Shown here one piece after another: positions 36,422-44,883 of a stretch of 49,108 bases of DNA. This DNA comes from Bacilli bacterium (GTDB lineage: Bacteria; Bacillota_I; Bacilli_A; RFN20; CAG-826), in contig JAIKYF010000056.1 in NCBI GenBank assembly GCA_024683495.1, forward strand, positions 1 to 49,108, read 5' to 3'. Under the pieces are notes generated by a model that was not told where the DNA came from, ran no database searches, and saw only the letters and a program-made list of their open reading frames with translations. The position numbers and the translations under genes are program-made. Positions within the stretch are counted from its first letter, which is position 1; the number at the start of each line of letters is the position of its first letter.

Positions 36422-36919
36422 TTATCTCTTTCTAGGAGCGGGGGCTGGAGCGTTTTTGTTCTTTCCTTCAAGAGCGAGACCGAGGAGATTGATGGCCGCG
36501 GCCAAGTAGGAGAAGATGATGACGCAGATGGTGCCAGCGCCTAAGCCGGTTTCATCGATGAGATCGAGGTCGACGTGGTTGGTGGCGGAGAAGATGGGTC
36601 TGATGAAGAAGAAGACGGTGCCGACGGCCAAGAAGATGATGGCTTCGGAAGCGAGGACGATTTTTCTATTCTTGCCTTCAAGGAAGAATTCGCTTAAGGC
36701 CACAAGGGCGCCGATGACGGCGAAGATGAAGGCGACGATCAATAAGGGGAGTGGGGCGTATTTGGCGCTTTCGTTCCCGAACATGACGTGGAAGACGCTT
36801 CCAAGAGTGGTGCCATAATTGTTGCTATGGAAAGCAGGGGCAAACATGACGAAGACCGCAACAACCGCAAAGATAATGGTGAAGACGGCGATAACATTTC
36901 TAGATGATGAGTTTTTCAT
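36422..36919 (-). CDS. polytopic membrane protein, unknown function
   Basis: 165 aa, about 4 TM helices, basic C-terminus. Confidence 0.55.
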   Translation of the reverse strand: MKNSSSRNVIAVFTIIFAVVAVFVMFAPAFHSNNYGTTLGSVFHVMFGNESAKYAPLPLLIVAFIFAVIGALVALSEFFLEGKNRKIVLASEAIIFLAVGTVFFFIRPIFSATNHVDLDLIDETGLGAGTICVIIFSYLAAAINLLGLALEGKNKNAPAPAPRKR

Positions 36920-37086
36920 AATTGACTTAAATCCTATTCACGCTTTTAAACTATACCCTTACGCACGCATTAGGGCAACAAATAAAATTTAAAAATTTTA
37001 CCTAACAGCCACGCTTTTTATCAAGAAAAGTGAATTTTTCGGAAAAATAACTATTTTTAATAATCTCTTTGCCCCATAATATAGCC

Positions 37087-38157
37087 ATGAAAAAGAAATC
37101 ATTCATTTTTCTATGTTCAGCCTTAGGGGCCTTGACGTTAGTCGGCTGCAATAACTCCGCAGCGACCAGCGACAGCTATCAAAGTTCCTACACCGTCGAA
37201 TATTTTGACGACGCCGCGACTCCCACTAGAGTCGGCTACGCCTATGTGGCCATCAATGGGGAAGCCCCCATCCGTCCTTTGAATGCCTCTAACTACGATT
37301 ATCTCTCCCGTCAGGCGGAAACCCCGCTCGATGAGAATAACCGCCCCTTAAGATTATCTTTCGAGAAATTCGTCGGCTATTACGATGAAGAAAAGACCCA
37401 ACCAGTCGATTTCTCCCATATCACCGCCGATTGCAAAGTCTATGCCGCCTTCAAATCCGAGAAGATGATGTGGACCCCGACTTTCTATAATGGCTCCGAT
37501 GTCATTGAAGGATTCGCCAACCGGATCGCTTATGATAACGCGACCGTCCCAACCTTCCCGACCGATGTCCATTCCTTATCCACCCATTGGTATGAGAAAG
37601 ATAACTTGGATGGCTTCTATTTCACTCTCGATAACAGCAAAGCCCTCTTCCATCAAGATGACATTTCCTTCGCTTATGGAAACGCCGCTCCAGAAACTCC
37701 CACTAAAGGCACTATCTTCTGCGATTATTCCATCGATAGCGATCTCCATCATAAATTCCCCGTCAAAGTCTATAACGGAACCTCGTGGATCGACCTCGGC
37801 AATCTCTATGATGGCTTCACCCCCTTCCTAAAAGCCTCTTTCTCCTATCAAAGAAAAGACTTTGTGGCGACCTTCTATGATTCCTCTGCTGGAAAAATCG
37901 ATGTCAATTCCCCATTAAATGCCTCGATTCCTGTCACTTGGGGCAATGCCTTGACCTATGTTATCGGCGATACGGCCAATGCCGATGGGAAGTTCGAAAC
38001 CGTCTTCTCGACCAGCGGCAAAGCCGATGTCACGGTCGTGACGAACAATAAACCCACTTCTTGGGCGGGCGTCTATACCGAAGGCGATAATTATAAAGGC
38101 GAAGCGGTGGACCTCTCCAGCGTCAAGCAAACCTCTGGAATTTATCCCCTCTATTAA
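37087..38157 (+). CDS. lipoprotein, unknown function
   Basis: ATG 37087 gives MKKKSFIFLCSALGALTLVGC (lipobox LVGC); the track starts at TTG 37069. CATAAT ends 6 nt upstream of the ATG and there is no SD. Confidence 0.7.
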   Translation: MKKKSFIFLCSALGALTLVGCNNSAATSDSYQSSYTVEYFDDAATPTRVGYAYVAINGEAPIRPLNASNYDYLSRQAETPLDENNRPLRLSFEKFVGYYDEEKTQPVDFSHITADCKVYAAFKSEKMMWTPTFYNGSDVIEGFANRIAYDNATVPTFPTDVHSLSTHWYEKDNLDGFYFTLDNSKALFHQDDISFAYGNAAPETPTKGTIFCDYSIDSDLHHKFPVKVYNGTSWIDLGNLYDGFTPFLKASFSYQRKDFVATFYDSSAGKIDVNSPLNASIPVTWGNALTYVIGDTANADGKFETVFSTSGKADVTVVTNNKPTSWAGVYTEGDNYKGEAVDLSSVKQTSGIYPLY

Positions 38158-38175
38158 GAAAATCCAAAAATGAAA

Positions 38176-38205
38176 ACTGTTGTGAATGACCACAACAGTT
38201 TTTTG
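38176..38205. terminator. bidirectional Rho-independent terminator
   Basis: ACTGTTGTG-aatgac-CACAACAGT with flanking A and T runs, between convergent genes. Confidence 0.8.
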
Positions 38206-38213
38206 ATTTCTAT

Positions 38214-38225
38214 GGCAAATCCCGC
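38214..38225 (-). other. stop-codon-abutting motif GCGGGATTTGCC (copy 3)
   Basis: The minus strand reads TAG-GCGGGATTTGCC-ATAGAAATC directly after the MFS gene stop. Confidence 0.55.
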
Positions 38226-39602
38226 CTATTTTTGAATTTTCTTCTCTTTCCACTTAAGTCTGAGGAAGAAGATGGTGGGGATGATGGCGAGCAATAAGAA
38301 GCCAGCGGAGACTAAGAACATCTCTTTAGTCGGGGCGTTGGTGGTGACGCCGGTATTGATGTCGGTGACCGAGGTTCCGAAGATATTGAAGATGGCTTGG
38401 GAAGTGTAGGAGCCGATGATCATCGGAAGCATGACGGCGAAGATCATTCTCACGCCTTGGAATAAGCCGACTTTGTCTTTTGGGGTCTCATCTCTAATCT
38501 GGGCCCCGATGACGGCGGTTCCGATCAGATATCCGCTCATCATGATGACGCCGAAGACGATGACTAGAGGCTTCATTTTGGAGAAATACATCCCAATGAA
38601 GCCGATCAAAGATAAGGCTAAGGCTGGGATAAGCAGCTTCAATTTCCCGATTTTATCCATGAATAAGCCAATGACGATGACAAGAGCCGAGGCTATGATA
38701 AGGATTATTCCCATCGCAATATAGAAATCCATGGATTCTAAGCCTAAGCCTTGGACTTTCGGAGCGTTTGTGAAATAGACCATGTAGTAGGGGATGAAGG
38801 CATCGATTGCGCAGTTGAAAGCCATGAAAGTGAGTAAGCCAAGATAGAAGCTCTTATTCTCTTTGATGACGCTAGGTCTAAAGCCATAAAAGAGATTTGA
38901 CCAGTATTTCTCGTTCGCTTTCTTTTCAAGATGCTCTTTTGGAAGCAAGAAGATGGAGATGACGCCGACGATGGTGACGATGATGCCGAAGATAAGGAAG
39001 AAGAAGAACCAAGGCTTTTCGGATTTGGTGGCGAAAGTGGCGACATCACTGGTCCCATCATAGTTGATTGGTAGCCCTAAGGCGGCCAATCCACCAAGCA
39101 TCGCGATATTGGCGAATAAAGGAAGGACGGCGAGGACGGATTCGACTTTTCCTCGATTGCCTTCATTGGTGATATCGGTGACGTAGGCATTGAAGCAGGC
39201 GTCATTGGCGCTGGAGCCAAAGAAGGTCATCACGCAGTCGACGACGGTCATCGTGATGCCGACCATCATGACGGCGCCGAACTGGTTTTTGACCATCGCG
39301 AAGGCATTGTTGTAGTTGACTATGCCAAAGGCGAAGACCGAGATACCCCAGATGATGTAGCCGACGGAGATGAAAATCTTTCTCTTCCCGACTTTATCTG
39401 ACCACGCTCCCACCAAGAAAGTGGTGACGGTGGCGGCGACGGCTGAAGCGACCGTCATGGCCGTGATGAAGTTGGAGTTGAGGGTTTGAGAATAGACCCA
39501 AAGATTGATTTCGTTGTTTTCGATGGCCCAGGCCAATTGTCCAACGAAACCAATCAAAATAAGGGCAATCCATTCCCGGGCGGTGAGTTTTTTGTTTTCC
39601 AT
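38226..39602 (-). CDS. MFS transporter
   Basis: About 12 TM helices. ATG 39602 (MENKKLTAREW...) is preferred over the track's TTG at 39638. Confidence 0.75.
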   Translation of the reverse strand: MENKKLTAREWIALILIGFVGQLAWAIENNEINLWVYSQTLNSNFITAMTVASAVAATVTTFLVGAWSDKVGKRKIFISVGYIIWGISVFAFGIVNYNNAFAMVKNQFGAVMMVGITMTVVDCVMTFFGSSANDACFNAYVTDITNEGNRGKVESVLAVLPLFANIAMLGGLAALGLPINYDGTSDVATFATKSEKPWFFFFLIFGIIVTIVGVISIFLLPKEHLEKKANEKYWSNLFYGFRPSVIKENKSFYLGLLTFMAFNCAIDAFIPYYMVYFTNAPKVQGLGLESMDFYIAMGIILIIASALVIVIGLFMDKIGKLKLLIPALALSLIGFIGMYFSKMKPLVIVFGVIMMSGYLIGTAVIGAQIRDETPKDKVGLFQGVRMIFAVMLPMIIGSYTSQAIFNIFGTSVTDINTGVTTNAPTKEMFLVSAGFLLLAIIPTIFFLRLKWKEKKIQK

Positions 39603-39608
39603 GCTTAA

Positions 39609-39637
39609 ATTATATCTCTCTAAAAGAGAAATAAACA
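39609..39637 (-). promoter_or_regulatory. candidate promoter TTGTTT-18-TATAAT giving a leaderless MFS mRNA
   Basis: TATAAT ends 6 nt upstream of ATG 39602. No SD. Confidence 0.4.
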
Positions 39638-39659
39638 AAAAATATATGGCAAATCACAA

Positions 39660-40253
39660 CTAAATTGTGAGATAGAGCATTAATCTTTGTAAGGCTTTGG
39701 CCCGATGGGAGACTTTGTTTTTCTCTTCTTCGGTGCATAAACCGAAATCTAAGTTGGCCTCATCGCAATGGAAGATGGGGTCAAAGCCAAATCCGCTTTC
39801 GCCCTTTCTTTCCTCTAAGATATGGCCTTTGCAGATGCCCTCAAAATATAAAGGCTTTGAATCTTCCTCTTCTAAAAGACAAATGCAGCAATGATATTCG
39901 GCTGAACGGTCTTCGGCGTCTTTGAGCAATCCGATCACATGACGTCCGACGACAGCATATTCATCGGAGATCGATTTGGCGTAGCGGCTGGAATGGACTC
40001 CAGGGAAATGCTCGCCTAAAGCTTTGATTTCGATGCCGGAGTCATCGGCGATGACGGGCCACTTGACCATTTTCCGAAGGGCTTTGGCTTTGATGTAGGC
40101 ATTTTCCCTATAGGTGGTGCCGACTTCTTCTGGCTCCTCATCGATATTTAAGTCGCTGGCGGAATAGATGACATATCCTAAAGGCGCCAAAATCTCGCGG
40201 TATTCGCGGAGTTTATGTTTATTATGCGTGGCTAAAACTATCTGTTTATTCAT
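39660..40253 (-). CDS. rdgB: non-canonical purine NTP pyrophosphatase (XTP/dITP diphosphatase, RdgB/HAM1 family)
   Basis: 197 aa. VLATHNKHKLREY, SGIEI and FGFDPIF motifs. The start overlaps the upstream stop (TAATG). Confidence 0.85.
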   Translation of the reverse strand: MNKQIVLATHNKHKLREYREILAPLGYVIYSASDLNIDEEPEEVGTTYRENAYIKAKALRKMVKWPVIADDSGIEIKALGEHFPGVHSSRYAKSISDEYAVVGRHVIGLLKDAEDRSAEYHCCICLLEEEDSKPLYFEGICKGHILEERKGESGFGFDPIFHCDEANLDFGLCTEEEKNKVSHRAKALQRLMLYLTI

Positions 40254-41221
40254 TATGCTAACCCACAGGCTGCCTCACAAGCCGCATTATAATGACCCCA
40301 AATCGTCGTGGCTAAAGTGGGATCGAGGATAAAGGGATTGCAGTTCCATTTATATTTATTCACCAAGACAGAGTTTCTGGTGATCTCAGTTTCATCGACT
40401 GGGTATTTGATATTCCATTCGAGGAGTTTGGAGAGTTTTCCCATCGTTGGCCTTTGATTGTCGTTAGTGCTGCTAGGGTTGTTTTCATCGTCCAAATAGA
40501 GGCCGGAATCTTGATATCTGACCGCGCAATAGAAGATGATTCTTGCGGCAATTCCGCGATATTTTGGATTATTGAAGCTTGCTGGATCCCAGCCCGTGCT
40601 CTCGCCGAAATAGTTATTCCCCCTCGCGCTATTTTCGCTAGTGAGAGTGGGGCGGATGACATGAGGGTCTTTTTCGGTGGCCTCTCCTTTTCTTGAGTTA
40701 GGCCAGACATGCTCTCTGTTGCAGCTGGCGAATGTGGTGCTCTTCCCAGAGTAGAAAGAAAGGATCTTCGAGCTGTCGTTTGGATCAACATCGGTATATG
40801 GGAAGATATTCTTTAAGCCTTTGTAACTAAAAACCGTCACGCATTTGCTGGCGACTGAATCTAAATCCTTATCGATTTGCTCAATTAAATAAGTATCGGT
40901 GTAGTAGCGGGTGCTATAGGAACCGATCTTATAGCCATTCTCTTGGATATATGGGCCAATAGGAACATTGACGGAGGAGGATTCGCTGCTGGATTCCTCT
41001 TCACTTGACTCTATGGAAGATGATTCCTCGCTGGATTCTTCTTTTCTTTCGCTTAATGAAGTCTCCTCGCTGGATTCTTCTTTACTTTCGCTTAATGAAG
41101 TCTCCTCGCTGGAGGCCACGATAGACGCTTCTTCGCTAGAAGAAGTAGCACCAGGAGTGGTGCAAGCAGAGATGAGGGCTAAGAGAGGTAGGGCCAGTAA
41201 AACGGATCTTTTTGATTTCAT
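40253..41221 (-). CDS. endonuclease I family lipoprotein with Ser/Glu-rich repeat linker
   Basis: Lipobox LISAC. Linker has SLSESKEESSEET/SLSERKEESSEES repeats. The C-terminal domain has NREHVWPNS and IRPTLTSENSARGNNYF motifs. Confidence 0.6.
   Translation of the reverse strand: MKSKRSVLLALPLLALISACTTPGATSSSEEASIVASSEETSLSESKEESSEETSLSERKEESSEESSSIESSEEESSSESSSVNVPIGPYIQENGYKIGSYSTRYYTDTYLIEQIDKDLDSVASKCVTVFSYKGLKNIFPYTDVDPNDSSKILSFYSGKSTTFASCNREHVWPNSRKGEATEKDPHVIRPTLTSENSARGNNYFGESTGWDPASFNNPKYRGIAARIIFYCAVRYQDSGLYLDDENNPSSTNDNQRPTMGKLSKLLEWNIKYPVDETEITRNSVLVNKYKWNCNPFILDPTLATTIWGHYNAACEAACGLA
41036..41123. repeat. 39-bp tandem repeat, 2.3 copies, inside the endonuclease lipoprotein gene
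   Basis: 41036-41074 and 41075-41113 differ at one position. A partial third copy covers 41114-41123. The repeat is in frame (13 aa). Confidence 0.85.
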
Positions 41222-41282
41222 AGCCTCTTATTCTAGACCAATTATGGGTAAATTGAAAGCCAAGGAGCCTATTTGGGAAAAT

Positions 41283-41306
41283 AAAAAACTCGATGTCGCC
41301 ATCGAG
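41283..41306 (-). terminator. Rho-independent terminator after mgtC
   Basis: The minus strand reads CTCGATG-gcga-CATCGAG followed by TTTTTTATTTT. Confidence 0.75.
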
Positions 41307-41312
41307 TTAAGA

Positions 41313-42068
41313 TTAGAATTTGTGTCCGTTGAGGACTCCGACATCCCTGACGCCTTCGACCAGTTCGATTTTGCTGATGAATTTTTCAACCTCGAACGCC
41401 TCGTTATTGGTCATGACCATGAAGGTTATCTCTAGAAAACCATCATCTCCGATCTCGGTCCTTAATTCGGATATCGAGGAATCGAAGTCATTGGCGATAT
41501 TGAGGATCGGGCCGATAATCGCATTGCCTTGGGCGGTATGGACGATAATCATTGGGTTCTTTCTCGATAATTTGTTTTCGGCTCTCTTGAATAAAGTGAG
41601 GAAGACAAGGATGATGACCGTTCCGCCGATGGCGAGAATGAAATTGAAGGATCCGCAGGCTAAGCCGATCGCCATGACGATCCAGATGGTGGCAGCGGTG
41701 GTCAAGCCTCTGGCTCCGGAATTGCGGTGGATGATGGCTCCAGCGCCCAAGAAACCGACGCCAGCGACGACTTGCGCGGCAAGTCTTGCGATATCTTGAT
41801 GGAAGAGAACGTTACCTTGCTCATCCTTGAAGATGGGGAAACCATAAATTGAGATGATCATCAGCATGCAAGAGCCGATGCCGACCAATAAATGGGTTCT
41901 TAATCCGGCGGTTCTGCCGCGTTTTTCTCTTTCTAGACCGATAGATCCACAAAGAACAAAGCAAAGCGCGAGGGCGATGGCGCACAAAATCAAATTGCCG
42001 ATTGGCCACTTGCCATCGATGTACCAAGTGGATAATTCGGCAGCGATTACTTGATCTATTGTCGTCAT
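41313..42068 (-). CDS. mgtC: MgtC/SapB family membrane protein
   Basis: The GSIGLEREKRGRTAGLRTHLLV motif is typical of MgtC. ATG 42068 (MTTIDQV...) has GGAGGGG 8 nt upstream. Confidence 0.8.
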   Translation of the reverse strand: MTTIDQVIAAELSTWYIDGKWPIGNLILCAIALALCFVLCGSIGLEREKRGRTAGLRTHLLVGIGSCMLMIISIYGFPIFKDEQGNVLFHQDIARLAAQVVAGVGFLGAGAIIHRNSGARGLTTAATIWIVMAIGLACGSFNFILAIGGTVIILVFLTLFKRAENKLSRKNPMIIVHTAQGNAIIGPILNIANDFDSSISELRTEIGDDGFLEITFMVMTNNEAFEVEKFISKIELVEGVRDVGVLNGHKF

Positions 42069-42263
42069 AGCCTTATCCCCTCCATTTAACAAACTATATC
42101 ATAACCCGAAAATTATAGAAAGATATGATAACCCATAACTCTATGTTATCTAGGGAAAATTAGTTTAAACCTAACGGATGAAAAATACACTAAAGAAAAA
42201 ACTAAACTCGATATTTCTTCTCTTAAGAGCATTCTTTTTTCCTTTTGGAAATAAATAGTCATT

Positions 42264-42297
42264 CACAAAAAGTGCACGAGGAAAAATAAAAGCCTCG
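42264..42297 (-). terminator. possible terminator after the tRNA pair
   Basis: The minus strand reads CGAGG-cttttattttt-CCTCG followed by TGCACTTTTTG. The stem is short. Confidence 0.4.
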
Positions 42298-42321
42298 ATA
42301 CAATCAAGGCATTAAATCAAG

Positions 42322-42395
42322 TGGAGCAGGTGGCGGGAATCGAACCCGTGTAACCAGCTTGGAAGGCTGGTGTTCTACCATTGAACTACACCTGC
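42322..42395 (-). tRNA. tRNA-Gly (anticodon UCC), CCA encoded
   Basis: Acceptor GCAGGTG/CACCTGC, anticodon loop CTTCCAA, T loop TTCGATT, discriminator U. Confidence 0.85.
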
Positions 42396-42401
42396 AGCAA
42401 G

Positions 42402-42478
42402 TGGCGGACAATACGGGATTCGAACCCGTGATCTTCTCCGTGACAGGGAGACATGTTAGGCCACTACACCAATTGTCC
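42402..42478 (-). tRNA. tRNA-Asp (anticodon GUC), CCA encoded
   Basis: Acceptor GGACAAT/ATTGTCC, anticodon stem TCTCC/GGAGA with loop CTGTCAC, T arm ACGGG-TTCGAAT-CCCGT. Confidence 0.9.
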
Positions 42479-42496
42479 AGTGCTTGCGCGAGAAAA

Positions 42497-42525
42497 AATA
42501 TAGCACAAGGACGCTGATAGAGCAA
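42497..42525 (-). promoter_or_regulatory. candidate promoter TTGCTC-17-TATATT for the tRNA-Asp/Gly pair
   Basis: The -10 ends 18 nt upstream of the tRNA-Asp 5' end. Confidence 0.45.
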
Positions 42526-42610
42526 AGAAATTTTTCATAAATATCATTTTATTTATACATACACGCGTGCGCGAGAATGAATAATGAAAAATTGTTTTAG
42601 GGAATAAACA

Positions 42611-42640
42611 GAAAAATCCCCAGCCAAAAAGCGGTGGGGA
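42611..42640 (-). terminator. Rho-independent terminator after trxA
   Basis: The minus strand reads TCCCCAcc-gctttttggc-TGGGGA followed by TTTTTC. Confidence 0.65.
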
Positions 42641-42653
42641 TTATCTAAATTCA

Positions 42654-42667
42654 GCGGCAAATCCCGC
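42654..42667 (-). other. stop-codon-abutting motif GCGGGATTTGCCGC (copy 2)
   Basis: The minus strand reads TAA-GCGGGATTTGCCGC-TGAATTT directly after the trxA stop. Confidence 0.6.
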
Positions 42668-42976
42668 TTAGTTTACTTTGACGAAAGCCTTTAAACGGGG
42701 TTCGGGGATGAAGCCGATGGATTGATCGACTGGCTTTCCGCCTTCGAAGTAGATCAAAGAAGGGATGGAGTTGATTCTATAGCGTGCGGCTAATTCCCCC
42801 GCCTCATCGACATTGACTTCGATGACTTTGATTTCGGGATGTTCCTCGGCAAGTTTCTCAACGCTGGGCTTGAGCATCTTGCAAGGTCCGCACCAGTCGG
42901 CATAGAAATCGACAAGGACTCTTCCTTCCGCGGTTTCCTTATTGAATTCGGCAACGTCAGTAATTTTTAAGATCAT
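42668..42976 (-). CDS. trxA: thioredoxin
   Basis: WCGPCK active site. ATG 42976 (MILKITDV...) has AGGAGG 8 nt upstream; the track's longer start is unlikely. Confidence 0.9.
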   Translation of the reverse strand: MILKITDVAEFNKETAEGRVLVDFYADWCGPCKMLKPSVEKLAEEHPEIKVIEVNVDEAGELAARYRINSIPSLIYFEGGKPVDQSIGFIPEPRLKAFVKVN

Positions 42977-42989
42977 GGTTATAAACCTC

Positions 42990-43889
42990 CTAACCAAATA
43001 TTAAACCAAATATCAAACCAATTAAACCAAGATGCACCGGATAGAATAAATATGTGGTCCATCTGAACCATTTGGAGTCATATCCGCGCGCCCCATTATA
43101 GAAAAGAAGTAGGGGAACCGTGATGATCGCATAAGTCTGAAGAGGCATATTGAGATAATCGATCGCGATAGGGAGTTTCGATAGGGACCAGAAGATGATA
43201 TTCACCACCAAGAAGATGATGGACCCGAAGATATTGGAGACCCATCTAATCTGGTCTTTGGACATGAATTGCTCGCTATTTTCGATCGGAACGGTCTTGC
43301 TTAAAAAGAAAGTCATGACCTTCTCACTATAATAGAAGCCAAGCATGATGAACATTCCATATATCGAATAGGCGCATCTCATGAATTCGGGGAATCCCTG
43401 AGTCCAGACAGAGGTCATCCCGTTATTTTCGGCATAATGCTCGCTCACTGAGGCGGCGTAGGAGATAATCAAAAAGGCAACCGGCAATAAGGCCAAGAGC
43501 TTTTTCGGCCCTTTCATATCGAGGAAGACGACCATCAAAGCCAAAGCCAATAGATCGGTAAAAGCTTGCGATTTGGCATAGTATTTTAAGATGTTTCCGT
43601 AATACATCCCGGCTTCGATGATGAATATGGCCGTAAACATGATGGCGAGCTTAAGGATGTATTTCCATTTATTTTTGGTGTGTTTCAAGCCTTCCGAAAG
43701 CATGAAGACATATAAAGGGAAAGACAATCTTCCGATGATGCGGAAAACTAATCCCATCGAAATCACCCAAGAGCCAGAGGGGAAATATCCGCCATTCATC
43801 AAAACTAGGCCGACGTGGTCTAAAAGCATGGTTACCATGGCGATTATTTTGAAGATGAACGAATTAAAGATTAGACGAGGGTTACGCAT
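42990..43889 (-). CDS. TraX family membrane protein
   Basis: 299 aa, polytopic. The N-terminal FKIIAMVTMLLDHVG motif is typical of TraX. Overlaps the upstream gene by 8 nt. Confidence 0.6.
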   Translation of the reverse strand: MRNPRLIFNSFIFKIIAMVTMLLDHVGLVLMNGGYFPSGSWVISMGLVFRIIGRLSFPLYVFMLSEGLKHTKNKWKYILKLAIMFTAIFIIEAGMYYGNILKYYAKSQAFTDLLALALMVVFLDMKGPKKLLALLPVAFLIISYAASVSEHYAENNGMTSVWTQGFPEFMRCAYSIYGMFIMLGFYYSEKVMTFFLSKTVPIENSEQFMSKDQIRWVSNIFGSIIFLVVNIIFWSLSKLPIAIDYLNMPLQTYAIITVPLLLFYNGARGYDSKWFRWTTYLFYPVHLGLIGLIFGLIFG

Positions 43890-44781
43890 TGATGTTGTTG
43901 GCGATGATTGTGGCGATGACGTTATAGAGGTTATTGGTCATGTGGGCGAGCAAAGCAGCCCCGAATCCAAACTTATCGTAGGCGAGGGATAAGGAGATTC
44001 CTCCGACTAGATAAATCGGTAAAGTAATAAGGTTTTGCACGGAAAAATTGAAATAGATGCCATTAGAAGAGACGCCGATCAACTGCATGTGGATGAGTCC
44101 GAAAATCAAGGCAGAGACCCCATAGGCGAACCAGGTGTTGATTCTTTTGAGGAACCCAAATAAGCCAACGCGGTAGGCGACTTCCTCGCAGAAAGGCCCG
44201 ACTAAGCCAAAGATGATGACGCTAAGAAGCGGGGCTTCCTTGATGATTTTGTTCAAGGCGTCTTGGTTATCGTTGCTCGAGCCAAAGCCCCCTAAGCTGA
44301 TCAAACGGATGTAGAGGATGGCGAAGAGGATATTCCCAACCCCGATCGCTAAGCCTAATAAGACCCGCTTATCCTTGAATCTTCTCATCAGCCTCCAGAA
44401 ATCGGAATCCAGCAAGGCGATGATGATAAGGAAGCAAGTTAGATAGGCGAAGACTTCAACGATCGTGTAGTAGAGGCCGGAATTAGTGAATTCCTGCATG
44501 GCCGCGCTGAGGGATGCCCCGGTAAATCCGGCGATTATATAGCCTTCCTTAGCGATGGTCAAAGCGATGATTTGGACGATCGCGGCGATCAATTGGATGC
44601 CGAATAGCCCGATGGCGAAGAAAAGGATTTCCCTCTTATAGCCTAAAGGAGTCATGTTCTTGAAGGGGTCGGTTAATGGATCCCTTCCGCTCGGCGCGCC
44701 GCAATTAGGGCATTCGGTCAAGGCCGAGTCATGCTCTTTTCCGCATTTGTCGCATTGTTGTCTCTTGAAATACTCTTTCAT
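43882..44781 (-). CDS. CPBP family intramembrane glutamic endopeptidase with N-terminal zinc-ribbon
   Basis: CDKCG...CPNCG ribbon. EEVAYR, FGLIHM and HMTNN motifs (EExxxR / FxxxH / HxxxN). Confidence 0.7.
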   Translation of the reverse strand: MKEYFKRQQCDKCGKEHDSALTECPNCGAPSGRDPLTDPFKNMTPLGYKREILFFAIGLFGIQLIAAIVQIIALTIAKEGYIIAGFTGASLSAAMQEFTNSGLYYTIVEVFAYLTCFLIIIALLDSDFWRLMRRFKDKRVLLGLAIGVGNILFAILYIRLISLGGFGSSNDNQDALNKIIKEAPLLSVIIFGLVGPFCEEVAYRVGLFGFLKRINTWFAYGVSALIFGLIHMQLIGVSSNGIYFNFSVQNLITLPIYLVGGISLSLAYDKFGFGAALLAHMTNNLYNVIATIIANNINA

Positions 44782-44806
44782 AAAAAAATCTGAACATTTT
44801 TCAGAT

Positions 44807-44828
44807 ATATCAATAATATAATTGATAT
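44807..44828. promoter_or_regulatory. operator-like inverted repeat ATATCAAT-aatata-ATTGATAT
   Basis: 8-bp perfect arms about 55 nt upstream of the giant ORF start. The half-sites are the same as in the 9277-9298 repeat. Confidence 0.4.
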
Positions 44829-44883
44829 TTTTTAATTTTTCATCACATAATTAGTAAACATACCTTCTTGAGGAGGACTTTTT

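Noticed and set aside
40968-41435. 155-aa plus-strand ORF
   Set aside because: It is antisense to the Ser/Glu repeat of the endonuclease lipoprotein gene. The open frame is a by-product of the low-complexity repeat.
42069-42321. M-box (Mg) riboswitch upstream of mgtC
   Set aside because: I looked for one because mgtC is often M-box regulated. The candidate -10 box leaves a leader of only about 40 nt, and I saw no conserved M-box helices.
42304-42525. 73-aa minus-strand ORF
   Set aside because: It lies entirely over tRNA-Gly(UCC) and tRNA-Asp(GUC), so it is an artefact of translating tRNA genes.
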